Below, one piece after another: positions 25,479 to 38,214 of a DNA stretch of 64,000 nt. The stretch is from Octopus vulgaris (taxonomy: Eukaryota): assembly GCA_951406725.2 (NCBI GenBank), contig OX597814.1, forward strand, positions 175,088,001-175,152,000. The letters run 5' to 3'. The translations under genes and the position numbers were made by a program. Position 1 is the first letter of the stretch. Every line of letters starts with the position of its first letter. A model generated the notes under the pieces. It saw nothing but the letters and a program-made list of their open reading frames with translations, did no database searches and had not been told where the DNA came from.

Positions 25479-28400
25479 GTGAGATATTTATGACTGTAAT
25501 TGTTCTAATGTATAAGAATTTTTTTTACATTGTTTTAAAATACAAATGGAAAACTGAAATATTTTCATATATTGTCCGTTGTTTTGAATATGTATAATTT
25601 TGAAAAAAACTTGTAAACCTTTGTTTGGGTTGTGTTAAGAAAAGCTATTATTTTCTATCTCTGTGGTTTACTGTTATGAAACTTTTTCTTAAAAGCTCAC
25701 TAAAAAATCAAGACATAAATTAAACTCACATATGTTCAAAATTAAAGCATATCAAAATATTGAAAATAAGTAGAATATAAACAAGGTTACCTTTCAAATA
25801 CATTTATTTTTATCACATTTTCTAATTAGATTGCAGGTTTTTTAAATTTATAACATGAAGTCTGTATTCTAAATCTAGTTAAAAATTTTCAGAAATAATC
25901 TCAATTATTTGAAATATTTTGAAGAATAGGATTTTTAAAAAAATGCATGTTGTTCTTTTCTTAAATGCTATTTTGTTAAAGTTAGTTCTCTAATGACCTG
26001 TAAAGTGGTTTTCTTACTGAAATATACACTCAACAGGAAACAATTTTTGTCAAAATGGTATTGTCTCTCAATTTAACATATTGTTGCAATCTTCTAGATC
26101 TGTATGGTGTTGGTGAATAATTGTCTCATTAGCTCCCTAAACTATAAACAATATCGAATATTTCTCCATTGTCTGTAAAATATGCAATGTTTGAATTTAC
26201 AGATGGGTTGAGTTCAGAGTTGAAAACCAGTTTCTTTCTAATTTTCTATTTTGTATAATTTAATTTTTGCTTTTTCTTTCAAATATTATTGAAATGTGAA
26301 TTATTTACACTGGGTTATATTTTCTAACTTATAAACTGTAATATACTTACCACAGTGTTTTGTTGTCCATACAGAAAAAAGGCAGTGTTGCTTTACCATC
26401 CAATCTATTAATCTGATTAGATTATAGATGACTATTTTTCTTATCTTTTCATCAACTTTCTCCCTATTTCCTGTCGTCCATTAGTCCACAGTAGTGATTA
26501 CTCTCTGTATTCTTCACTTAAGAAGGTACCATCACTCTGGTCAGGAGAAAGGCAATCCATTTACATGATTAAAAATAAAAACAAGCCAAAAAAATGTTAT
26601 GTTTGTTTGTAATGATATAAGGAAACTTTTAATGTTTTTGCTTGAACCTTGCATCTCCATTTGTTGGGCATCACCTAGAAAATTCAAATATTTTCTCTTG
26701 TCATAACAAACTAACATATATTTCTTGCTTTTGATGTATTGACTCCTGCAGAAAGATTTCTACTAGTTTCTTCAAATTTTAATGATGTGAAACTGAAAGT
26801 TAAAAGGAGCTGAATGTGGGAAAGCAATTCATGTAGTGATATTGACAATAAAAATGCTAATATTGCTTCGTTCCAGGGAAACGAAAGTATAAAACATCAT
26901 ACAAGGAAAACTAGATTTTCTCCCATTATGACACTTTATGATGACATTTTACATAGTCTTCATAAAATCTTAATTTACTGCACTTTAACAGAAGTATTAC
27001 TGTCTGATAGACTATACTGATGTTAAAAGGTTCCAAAAGAAGTGCATAACTCTGAGGCAGTAACAAATATTTTCTTGATCAATCCTTCAATTTCCCAAAC
27101 CACAAGAAGTTAGGTTACCAGGATTTTTTTTCTAATGCAAATAGCTCTTTATTCTCTGAAATCATTGCTAACTCTCATGGCTATATAATCCATGGTTATT
27201 TATCTCTGTCACTGCTGCTCATTATATACATATTAGTTTTACTTTTGGAACAGTAAAATACTAGAGATAGTTCTCTTAAGTATGTTCTTTTACATCCCAC
27301 ATTTCAAATCTTGTTAACCACTCTAAAACATTGACCACACAGTCCATTACAAACATGTATAAGACAATACATTACACTATCAATTTCAAGAAGTAAAATA
27401 GCCAAGTAGATACACCATTAAATTATCAGCTTATTAGTCTTTTGTTATGTATTTGGAAAGTAAGCATCATTGTATATGTCTCAGTTCACCAAGTGCTACA
27501 TGTTTCACATCTATGAATAGTTCCTAAAAGAAAAAAAAATGTGCTATCAGTACAAAATTCCCCCATTATCTCACAATGTTTCAGGTTCTGTTTGCTGAAA
27601 GCTATTGAATATTGCTTTTCCCTAGTTCTCAAATTAATTGAAAGCTAGCTAATTTGGTTGCATAATGGATTGCAATTGCTACTCCCCAAATTAAAAGTTT
27701 TCTTATAGAATTTCCCCTCTTGAAATTAGTTTATTTCCCAGAATGCTGAAATGGCAGAAATGATAGTATTGGACTAAATGCCTTGCTGTTTTTAATTTTG
27801 TCTCTTTGTGTTCTGAGTTCAAATACCACCAGGATTGACTTTGCTTTTCATCTTTGAGGATTCAATATAACAAGTATGAATAATGAACTGGTGGTAAATT
27901 ACTTTTCTAGAAATTTGTGGTTATGTACCAAAGTTAGACATTAAATTTTTTTTTCTTTTAATGGAACTTGATATTTATAATTGACCTATTGTAATATTTT
28001 ATAGATTTTTGGGGAAATCATTTCCTATCTTTGTATGATTATTATCCATTCATATATGTTATCATATATCTGAATGTATAAGATTTAGAAGTTAGAAGAA
28101 ATATATTCTCTTTTGGGCTAATTTTATATAATACTAATTAGCCTAGGAGAAATTTTAGTAAATTACAGTTGGATGACATTTTGACTAATAACAGATATAT
28201 CACCTCTTAATGTACTATTGCTGGGAGTTAGTATGGTTGGGATAAATTTGAGATATTTGTGTGCACATAGAAACAAATATATACTGTAACAGTAATGAAA
28301 GGAAGTCGAAGATTGAACCTGGATGCGTTGAGTGAGGTTGAAAGATAGTTGGATGAGAACTGGTTGAAAATACTAATACTGTAGTTAGTTAGAACTGAAT

Positions 28401-30002
28401 CAGTTACAAGATAAATATTTAAGACAAACTTCAAAGAAAAGTGCTAGTAGTGATAATAGAAGCTGGTTGTGTACATAATACAACACACTCAAGGATCATA
28501 ATTATGAAGACAATTTATCTAAAGCCCTAAACCCCTGCCTACCTCCCTTAGTATTAATAAACAAAAGTAATGGGGAAAATATTCAAATGAGAAGTACCAT
28601 ATTTGAAATGAAACCATATCAAAATATCTGTATATGGTCTTCCATAATCTACCATTTTGTTGTCATCTCTAGGCATTAAGCTTAGCATTCCATATCAACA
28701 AACATTCTTCAATTATATAGTATTCCTATTCATTACTTGTCTGCAGTGAGCTGTACTTATCCATAGTAGTTTTTACAACTAGGGTAGCATTGCATATTGA
28801 AAGGTAGTATGCAACTTGGAGAAAGATATTTGAGCTATCAACTCTTTTTGTCCATTGACTAGTGTGTTATTGATTCAGACAGTTGTCTAGTCTTCTTACA
28901 TCACACACAAAAAAGAATCTATCAAATACTCTCTGATATTTGTTACTGCCGTAACTGTTTACTGTACTGCTTGTTAATAACATATTTGGTGACTGGATGA
29001 ATATCTAATTATTATAAATTATTTTCAAAATTTGGAAATATGGTATTAATTGCAAACTTTTATGATTAAATACAACAAAAGCCTAATGACTCATCTGTTT
29101 TCTTTATGATTTACACATAATTATACAATATGAATTGCCATATAAAATGTAATGCAAAATGCTTCCTTATAAGTTGGAAGCTGCTGCTTATCATGCGTAA
29201 TGTTATCACTTGGTTACTGTTATTTAATTTAGTCCCAATCTCATTTGCTTAGTGTTAGCATCTACTTGTTATTGAAAAGGTTTTATCCCAAAGATGATTG
29301 CTATTGTATACTTTATCTGTATTATTTGCTGGGAAACATACCTGTTGATTCATAACAGCAAAATAAAATAAAGCCTCTATTGCAAAGTCCTAACCTATAA
29401 AAAGTATTTCAAAATACAATAAAAGCATTTAGTCTTAGAAAATAAAGCTTTAAATATTATATTCACTGAGAAATTTATTTCATATTTTGCAACATTGACA
29501 GTGATTCATACTGGTTAACATTTTTAAACATCTGGATCATTCTTCATACATATAAATATAACCATTTTGGTATTTAGCATGTAACATTAACCTTAAAGTA
29601 AACAAAAGGAAAATTTAGTTGTTACTAATATAAATGCGATAAAAAAAATCATAACTTGGATATTTTGTTTCTTCAGAAAATTTATCTCTTCTATGGTGTC
29701 TACCTTCACATTTAAGTAGTCATTAGATCTGATATTAACATGAAAATCTTTTTTTCTTTCTCTTATATTGCAAAAGTAGTTATTACATTATTTTTTACTT
29801 TAAATTTTACATGCGCCCACAATTACTGTTCTTTTTCACTGGATAATCATACAGAATATTCACTTACCTTTGATGTACACATGCTCATATCTGATCATTT
29901 TGCTGTCAATTTTGGATTGAAATGAATTTTTATTCTGATTGTAAATTCCTTGTATCATTGATATGTTTTTTTTAAATTTTTTGTGTCTCTTGTTGCTTTC
30001 AG

Positions 30003-30171
30003 GAAGGGGCTGATTATGATGTCCCTGAAAACAATCTTTTGAACATACAAGATGAGTTTTCAACACAGTTAAATGAAAGTACAAACCAACCAATTGAGCA
30101 AAATTCTAATGAACAGGTGGAGACTGCTGTAGAAGCAATGGAAAGTAAACAATATGGAACAAACGAACAAG
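30003..30171 (+). CDS. TRAPPC8: TRAPPC8 exon a (EGADYDVPENNLLNIQDE...TNEQ), phase 0 to 1
   Basis: Acceptor ttgctttcag, donor G|GTAAAT. Open frame that joins in phase with the next exon. Poorly conserved acidic linker, assigned mainly by phase and position. Confidence 0.8.
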
Positions 30172-32319
30172 GTAAATACCTAAAATTGTCTTTTCTTCTC
30201 CACTTTTGCAGCATCAACACTTTGTAAGTTTCAGCCAAATTTGTGTTACTATGACTACAGTTTACACTTAGTGATAAGTGTAAGTTTTACATGTGCCAGC
30301 TTAACTTTTGCCTATGTCCATGTAAATGTGCAATTGAAAAAAAAAGTGTTTGGTGCCATGGTGTAGGATATTCTGAGTTTAGTACAAGAGATTTATGATC
30401 AGTTGTACATGAGTAAAGTATGAGTGTATACTGAGTAGTGAAGTAAGGTTTGTCTTGGATGTATGAATGCTTTTTGTTTTTGTAATGTCTTATTTTATCG
30501 TAAATTTAGTTATTGTATGACTTCTTGTATGGTTCATTTCTTTATACTTGTATCAGTTATAGATCTGATTGAGCAGACTTGTTACTTGAAAGCATTCTTC
30601 TGTAATCACTTGCTTTATTTAGAATCAAAGACTATAATACCTAATGCATTTTATTTTTTAAGGCAGTATAGTATGATTTGAGGAAAATTTGGATATGTCC
30701 AGCTAGTTGAGGGACCATGTAGAAGCTCCCTCTGTTTTTGCATTTGATGGTGTTGAAAATGGGTTTTTTTTTTGTTGTTTTTTTTCTCTTCACATTTTTT
30801 TAGGTGAATTACTAGTTGTGTGTATAATAGTTGTTTTATATTTTGTACATATTTATTTTGATTTTATGTTGAAAATTGGATTCTTCAAATACATGTTGAA
30901 TGTCACTTGTTGCAAAATTTTGGTTGTTGCTAAGCCTTAAGTTGCTGATTTGGTAACTCTGATCAAAAGTGTTCCTGCTGTGGACATTGCATTTTTTAGT
31001 TTGTTAGTCTGAAATGTTAGTGAGGATACAGAAGTGTTTTGTCTTGATTGCAGCATTAAAAAAAATGTTTTTGTGAGATGACAGATCAGTTTTCCAGTGC
31101 ACACTGTGATTATTGAATAGATGTATACAATTGTTCTAGCACAAGTTTAAAATGTCAAGATATTTTTTATCTTTTGGCTGCTTTGTTCCAATAAAGACCC
31201 ACAACAATAATTGTATTCATTTGTTAAATGGGTCATGCAGTTCATCAACATCTGCTACTCTTTATTTGCCTACTTCTGTTCTGTGAATACTTTATTTCTT
31301 GAGGATATTTTTATTACTGGACACATATAGTTGAGAGATTCACTCCAATCACATAGTCAACTGCACAGTAGCATGAGCAAGTGTTTTCTATTCTCTCAGG
31401 CTGACCAATACCATGTGAGAGGAATTGGTAGATGGAAACTGCATAGAACCTGTTGTTTGTGGGAGAGGAGGGGAGTGTGTGAGCATGTATTTCTGGAAGA
31501 TGTCATTTTCTCTTCGTATGAGACAAGCTGAACAAAAAGTATTGTGTTTACAATCTCAGTGAATATGTCTTCTATCACTGTGCTCTTGAAGTTGAATAAG
31601 AAAAAAATCCTGTACAGCATAAAGCAAGGAAAGAGTGTTTTACAGCCAGTAAGAGCATCTGGCTGTAAAATATTGCCTCAAATAAATATCTATCCAATCT
31701 ATTCCATCATAGAAGAATGTACATAAAACAAATAACTGAATACGAATGTTACCCAGTTACTTTCTCTGGTCACATGTTGAATTTCTCTTACAGGCTCATT
31801 GAACCTGTAATAAATCACACAAATTATTTACAAATTCTTCATTCTTTATTTACAATGCCCCTATTTCATTGCCATACAGTAAATAGCAAATAAAACACCC
31901 TCCTGTATCATACTTCTGGCACATACATTATACATTGTCTAAATATATAAACTTTGTACCTTTACAAGCTGTATTATTGATATTGTTGCAATCAAGGTTA
32001 CAGATTCATGCACAAAAAATGTTTAAATCTTCATCACTATTCTTGTGTTCAGCATGAAGATTAAGGAATTTTGTTGTGGATATCCTCTTAAATGTTGTGA
32101 TAATTATTTTTATCCATTACCCTAACAAGCTCCCCACCCTTTATATTGAATCTAATATGCAATCATTTCAGGCTAAAATTTTACTAGATGAGAACCTTCT
32201 TTGATTATTGGTATTCCAAAGTTCTTTATGCAAGCACATGCACTCATGCACATGCTTATATATATATATTGTAAAGCTGTCAATAACAATGAAATGAAAT
32301 AACTTCTAAATTTTTCCAG

Positions 32320-32633
32320 TTGGTCTTATAAATTCACCAAACAGTTCCAAGATATTTGATCATCCATTAGCCGAAGAAAGCCGCAGTTTAAATGGAAGCA
32401 TGAATACTATCAATGCATTGTCTCCTGATGGATCTGGAGCAGCCATTTCTGGAGTAGCCACTACTACTGGTGGTCATTTTATTATTTCTCCTACAGAAAA
32501 ACCAAAATCTGACCAACATGGCATGTGCCTCACTATTAGTGACCATGACCGATTACGTATTTTCATGCATGAATTCTGTGTACGTGCACTCATTCCATGG
32601 GCTGAAAGGCAAATGAGAGTTCTTAACGACCAG
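32320..32633 (+). CDS. TRAPPC8: TRAPPC8 exon b (...HGMCLTISDHDRLRIFMHEFCVRALIPWAERQMRVLNDQ)
   Basis: ttttccag acceptor, CAG|GTAAGT donor. Matches the recalled TRAPPC8 motif HGxCLTxxDHDRxRxFxxEF...LNDQ. Confidence 0.95.
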
Positions 32634-33379
32634 GTAAGTAATATTGTGTAATATGCATGCATGTAATGTAATGTATGTTGTGCTACATATGTTTGTTGTG
32701 TAATGTATGTTATATATGTATGTAATATATGTATGCCGTGTAATGCAATATATTTTGTGTGATGTATGTATGTATGCTATGTAATACAAATAACGTTGTT
32801 TGAATTATTTGGTAGTAGCTATGAGTAAGACTCTTCAATGTATTTAAATAGATATTATGTAGCAAAGCACATTTAGTTTTACTGAATAGGAATAAGGATT
32901 AATATAGAAATATATTTGATATCTGACATAAAATGATTTTGCGCTTTTCATTTTAAGGACTCTTTATATTGAGCTAGCCCAGTCATGTTGCTTTAAGTTG
33001 TAAACCACTGTATGTGTTTTTTACAGAAGATTTTTACTATCCTTAAAATTCTGTCCTGCAATAAAGTTTCTTAGTTAAACTGGCTGCCTATGATTTCACC
33101 TTGTCTTTCATCTCTCAGCTTGGAAGCTTTGTGTCAGCACCTGTAATAGCAGTTTATGCCAATGAGCCTCTCACTGATGTGCATCAAGGTTCAATATTGT
33201 CCTCCACATTTTCTCTTGTACATTAACAATTTTTTTGCTGCCTCAAACACAATGTTTATATCAAAGAGACAATCTTGTACCTAACCGTTCCATGGACAAC
33301 ATGCAGTTAATGCGCTCGTTATCACACTCCTTATTTTACTCTCTAACTTACACTCTTTCTTTTCCAACAAGGGTAGCTG

Positions 33380-33715
33380 TGTATTTACAACAAGACACCT
33401 ACCTTCTGTTTCCCTCTGTACTTTTAATCTCTCAACTAGCACAAAGCCCCCTCCCCTCAATATTACTCCCTCCAGTTGAGGGTTTTTGTCTTTTTTGTCT
33501 TCCTAGGTACTTAGTGACCTTGTTAGTGATGGTATCATTTAAAAAGCACCCAGTACCATTTATAAAGTGGTTGGCATTAGAAAGGGCCTCCAACTGTAGA
33601 AACCATGCCAAAACAGACAATGGAACATGATATGGCTCCTGGCCTTGTCAGCTCCCATCAAGCCATCCAAACCTTGCCAGTATAACTTGGTCAGTGTAAT
33701 GATGATAATGATGAC
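33380..33715 (+). mobile_element. Family C copy
   Basis: aaaaagcaccc...gtggttggcattagaaaggg...ctgtagaaaccatgccaa... with a (GAT)-like tail. Similar relics at about 41330-41668 and 51610-51795. Confidence 0.75.
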
Positions 33716-34034
33716 AAATAGTTAGCTTCACAGTTTCTGATGGTCTTTCCTGGTAACCCCACTTACAGAAGAATATAGTAGTTAAAACTGCCATGCATTT
33801 CAATGGTTACCTCTTCAGAAAATACCTCAACTTTGACCTCTTGTTAACTCTGTGGATAGAAGCATTTTAGACTGCATCCAAACACAACTTTTATTGCTCA
33901 GAAATATAATTTCTTCTTGCCCTTTCCCTCTGCCTATTTTATTTCTATTACAATGGCTTCTGTTCCTCTGAACTAGCTAACTACATAGCACCTCAACCCA
34001 AGTCTACCTAATAGGCTTCTCTCTTCCACACAAA

Positions 34035-34290
34035 TCATTTTGTCCAATCCTTTCTCCTTAAAGTGCCAAAAATTCTGAAATTTTCCATCAGCACAATACC
34101 TGCAGGCATCAACTGCTTCAATCTCAACAGTCTCAGAATGTTTGTAATAGTCATGGTTGTTACTCCTTCCATTTGACTAAGACAATAAAAATATTGATCT
34201 TTACTATTGTGCCTTCTTAAGGCAATGAGTTGACAGTTATTAGAGCATCTGAAAGAATATTGTGTATTATTTGTTCTGGCCCTGTGCACT
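34035..34290 (-). mobile_element. RTE LINE remnant
   Basis: ITNILRLLRLKQLMPAGIVLMENFR resembles I...L...QLRWAGHVxRMxxxR. Confidence 0.45.
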
Positions 34291-35062
34291 GAGTTTAAAT
34301 ACTGCTAATGCCATTTTTTCTTTCCATCCTTTTGGGAACCTGGAGAAGGTGTTTAAAATATCATATCAGCACCCATATAACTCTCTCAGCAGTTGAGGTC
34401 TCAAGGAAAGAAAGAGTTTGTTATTTAGAGATCTTTCAGCAGTCAGTATACAGAACTGTAGTTGTGCTACCAATGAATTGTCTACCATAATAATATGATA
34501 GTCTACATTCTGACCTCATCATTGTAATAATGGTTGAAGCACTAAAAGTGTTTGTCATATACTCAGAATGAACATATTGTTTAAATGAAAGAGATTTTTT
34601 TTCCACTCTAGCTACTACTACCAAGGAACTGTTTCATATAATTGTAGTTTTTTTTTTTTTTTTTGTGTAGTTAAGCAATCAGTTCTTACTTTGATCAGGA
34701 AGACAAATTTCTACTTAAATATCTTGAAAAATAAAATAAATCTTTACAAAATATTTTGTTTGTTATAGTTGCTTTACACATAGATTATTTTATATTATAT
34801 TTTTATCTTACTTGAATTAAAATTAAAAAGATTTTGGTATTTTATTTTTTAAATAAATGTTTGTATATTCTTTAAAACAGAATAGATATTGATTTTAAAA
34901 AAAGAATTAATCTGTGATATTAAATATAATCCTTTTGAGAAGTTAAAGAAGCAGTCTTAAAAGTTTCCAAATCTCTGTTTATAAAACATGCAAAGATTCT
35001 GTGAAGAATAATTATCAAATTAGATAACATCAATGAATTTTTTTTTTCATTTTACATTTTAG

Positions 35063-35169
35063 CTGACCTCTAGGAAAGGTTTCCACCGGTCATTCTTTAG
35101 TGCAACTCGAAAGATATTTGGTGGCAAACCTACTGGGCAGATGGTTACTAGTCAGAACACAACAGTTGT
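35063..35169 (+). CDS. TRAPPC8: TRAPPC8 exon c (LTSRKGFHRSFFSATRKIFGG...)
   Basis: cattttag acceptor, GT|GTGAGT donor. SRKGxxRSxFSATxKxF motif. Confidence 0.95.
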
Positions 35170-35319
35170 GTGAGTATCAGAATTTTTTAACTGTTAAAAT
35201 TCATTATTTGCTTGAGCTTTAGAAACTAAATTTTAAAAATTCTATTTCTTTTTTAATATATAGAAATAGTGATTCCCCAGTATTTTGGCTTTATGAAATA
35301 TTTTCCTCTTATGTTAATT

Positions 35320-35945
35320 CTCTCTCTTTTGCACTCTTGCACTAATTCACTCTCTTGCACTCACTCACTCTCTCTCTCACTCTCTCTCTCACTCACTCTC
35401 TCGCACTCTCTCTCTCACTCACTCTCTCGCACTCTCTCTCGCACACTCTCTCTCTCACTCTTTGCACACGCTCACTCACTCTCTCTTTGCACATGCTCAC
35501 TCACTCTCTCTCTCTCTTTGCACACGCTCACTCACTCTCTCTTTGCACACGCTCACTCACTCTCTCTTTGCACACGCTCACTCACTCTCTCTTTGCACAC
35601 GCTCACTCACTCTCTCTTTGCACACGCTCACTCACTCTCTCTTTGCACACGCTCACTCACTCTCTCTTTGCACATGCTCACTCACTCTCTCTTTGCACAC
35701 GCTCACTCACTCTCTCTTTGCACACGCTCACTCACTCTCTCTTTGCACACGCTCACTCTCTCTCTCTTTGCACATGCTCACTCTCTCTTGCACTCGCTCA
35801 CTCTCTCTTGCACTCACTCACTCTCTCTTGCACTCACTCACTCTCTCTTGCACTCACTCACTCTCTCTTGCACTCACTCACTCACTCTCACTCACTCACT
35901 CTCACTCACTCACTCTCTCTCGCACTCTCTCTTGCACTCTGTCTC
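35320..35945. repeat. CT-rich minisatellite with 25-bp (cacacgctcactcactctctctttg) then 20-bp (cactcactcactctctcttg) units
   Basis: Directly visible periodicity. Explains ORFs 35269-35987. Confidence 0.97.
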
Positions 35946-36347
35946 ATACACAAATATATGCATGTGTATAAGTGTATATTAGTATAAAAAAACACATATC
36001 TAAGTCCCTGTTAGAAAGGTAACCGTTAAGGGATGTAACTCTGGTAAACTTAGCCATTCATTAAAATTTGATAAAATGAGAATCAAACTAAATAGAGAGA
36101 TTGATAAAATTGAATAACATCCTTGAAAACAGCATGGCCGCAATACGACTAAAATCATTAAAACAATATATATGCATGTTTTTAAATAGCTATCATGACT
36201 CTTCCACAGTGTAATTTGTTTTCATTACACAATCTCAGATTAAGTCTACCAAACAAATAGAACTCTGAAATATTTAGGATTTGAGAAATGTTATTCTCTG
36301 TATTAATCCTTAAACTACTTATTGTATCTTCATAATTTCTCTTTCAG

Positions 36348-36498
36348 TTATACAACTGAAGCACCAGAGTTACAGATGCGACGACTAGCAGATTTAGCAT
36401 TCCTTTTCCAGATATATGATTTTGCCTACCACACCTATCAAACTGCAAAAAGGGATTTTAACAACGATCATGCTTGGTTGCACTATGCTGGAGCCCTG
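36348..36498 (+). CDS. TRAPPC8: TRAPPC8 exon d (YTTEAPELQMRRLADLAFLFQIYDFAY...HYAGAL)
   Basis: ctctttcag acceptor, GTTAGT donor. Trs85 hallmark ExQxRxLADxxF...Y...KxDFxND motif. Confidence 0.97.
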
Positions 36499-37111
36499 GT
36501 TAGTGTGGAAAAGACTTTCATTAGTTATTTGATGTGTCCTTGTTTAGCATCCATCTTCCATGCATTTAAAAAAAAATATTTGCAAACAAATATTTTTCCT
36601 GATATCTTATAGTTCTGAAGAAAATTTACAACTGAAATATATTTTGTCTTCCTTTCTCATTTGTGCAAAGAATTTTTTACATCCATTTTTTTGCATCCAT
36701 ATATTTTTTACATATATTTCCTGCTTCACAAATGCATTTTATTACATATGTCTGAATTCCTTACAATTGCTAATCACTCAACTGTAAAGTGAGAGTGGAA
36801 CCTAATTTTCATCAGACATGCAAACTGGAGCAAGTAGAGCTATGTGCTTTGCTCGGTGGTACAACAGTAGCTTAGTAAAACAAATTTGTTTATGGTCAAT
36901 AGTTCATATAACTTCCAGACATTATTACTGCAGCCATACTCAAACCAGTTAGCAACTGATTAAAGTGAATAATTTCTGAAATTTACTGTTTACTGTATCT
37001 TTACATTTATCTAAAAGAATTTGTTCTTATCACAATGTCTCATGATTTGATCAATATCTATAAAGATTGGCACTAAGCTTACACTGGATAGTCTACTTAA
37101 CTCTGACACTC

Positions 37112-37313
37112 TTTTACTTGTTTTAGGCATTGGATTGTAGCCGTGCTGTGCACTGCCTTAAAGGGTTTAGTCAATCAACCCCAGTACTCTTTTCTTTTTC
37201 AGTCAAGTACTTATTCCATTGGTCTCTTTGCTAAACTCCCAAGTTATGAGGATGTAAATGAACCAACGCTGGTTGTCAAGTAGTAGTTGTGGGGACAACA
37301 CACACATACACAG

Positions 37314-37349
<36 letters not shown>

Positions 37350-37735
37350 CATGTATGTCTTTGTACTTGTGTTGTTCTCACACCCACTGCTTGACAACCA
37401 GTTTGTTTGCATTCCTGTAACTTAGGAGTTCAGCAAAAGAGACTAGTAGAGTAAGTGCTGGACTCAAAACAAAGGAAACAGTTCTGAGGTTGTTTTGTTT
37501 GACTGAACCCTTCAAGGCAGGACACAGTGTGGTCACAATCAAATGAGTGAAACAAACAAAGTATTACTTTAGTAGATTATCCAGTGTAGGCTTCCACACA
37601 GTATCTGACAACCAAATTTACTGACAAAGCATTGGTTGGTCCAGGGCTAGAATAGAAGACACTTGCTCAAGGGGCTGTGCAGTAGGACTGAACCCAAAAC
37701 AATATAGTTGCAAAGCAAGCTTCTTAAACCACGGA
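37112..37735. mobile_element. Nested family A SINEs: a + copy (about 37360-37560) inside a - copy
   Basis: ggttgtcaag (37271) faces cttgacaacc (37390) across a (TA)n(TG)n centre. The host 5' half resumes at about 37585. Confidence 0.75.
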
Positions 37736-38116
37736 ACTAATGAATCTTATGAATATTTTAGAGGGAAATATGTTCATTCACAGCAGTAACAGTAGGACAA
37801 AATTTGTTTACTCTCAACCAAAGTAAGGTCCTATAACCTCACTACCTCCTCCTGGTCCAATAGAAAAAAAAAGGACCTTATGGAGGGGATCACATGACAA
37901 CTATAGCACTCTTTATTTCTCTATAACTTCTGGAAGAGTTACATCAGTCCTATATAATGTTAACAAAAAAAAAATGAAGTAGACTAACATGTAATTTTTG
38001 AACATAAGAATTTAAAAATTAAAAATGACAAGAAAACAGAATTTTCACTCATCAGTTTTGCAATCACTAATTTTGATCTATTTTTATCTTTAAAAAAAAA
38101 ACCTCCAAAAAACTAG

Positions 38117-38214
38117 GAAATGGCATGTATAACACTGTTCATGCAGGACAATGGCAGACAATACCCTCATCATTACATGGAATCTGCTGTCACAACATAC
38201 TTGGCCACCTGCAG
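38117..38214 (+). CDS. TRAPPC8: TRAPPC8 exon e (EMACITLFMQDNGRQYPHHYMESAVTTYLATC)
   Basis: Continues AGAL|EMA. Atypical A-rich acceptor (aaaaaactag), AG|GTTAGT donor. Confidence 0.93.

Noticed and set aside
12000-30000. Nested protein-coding gene in the long intron
   Set aside because: The short ORFs are AT-rich noise or LINE debris, and I could not chain exons with recognisable homology on either strand. A divergent or non-coding nested gene cannot be excluded.
35269-35987. L/S/H/T-rich ORFs of up to 237 aa
   Set aside because: CT-rich minisatellite open in all three frames.
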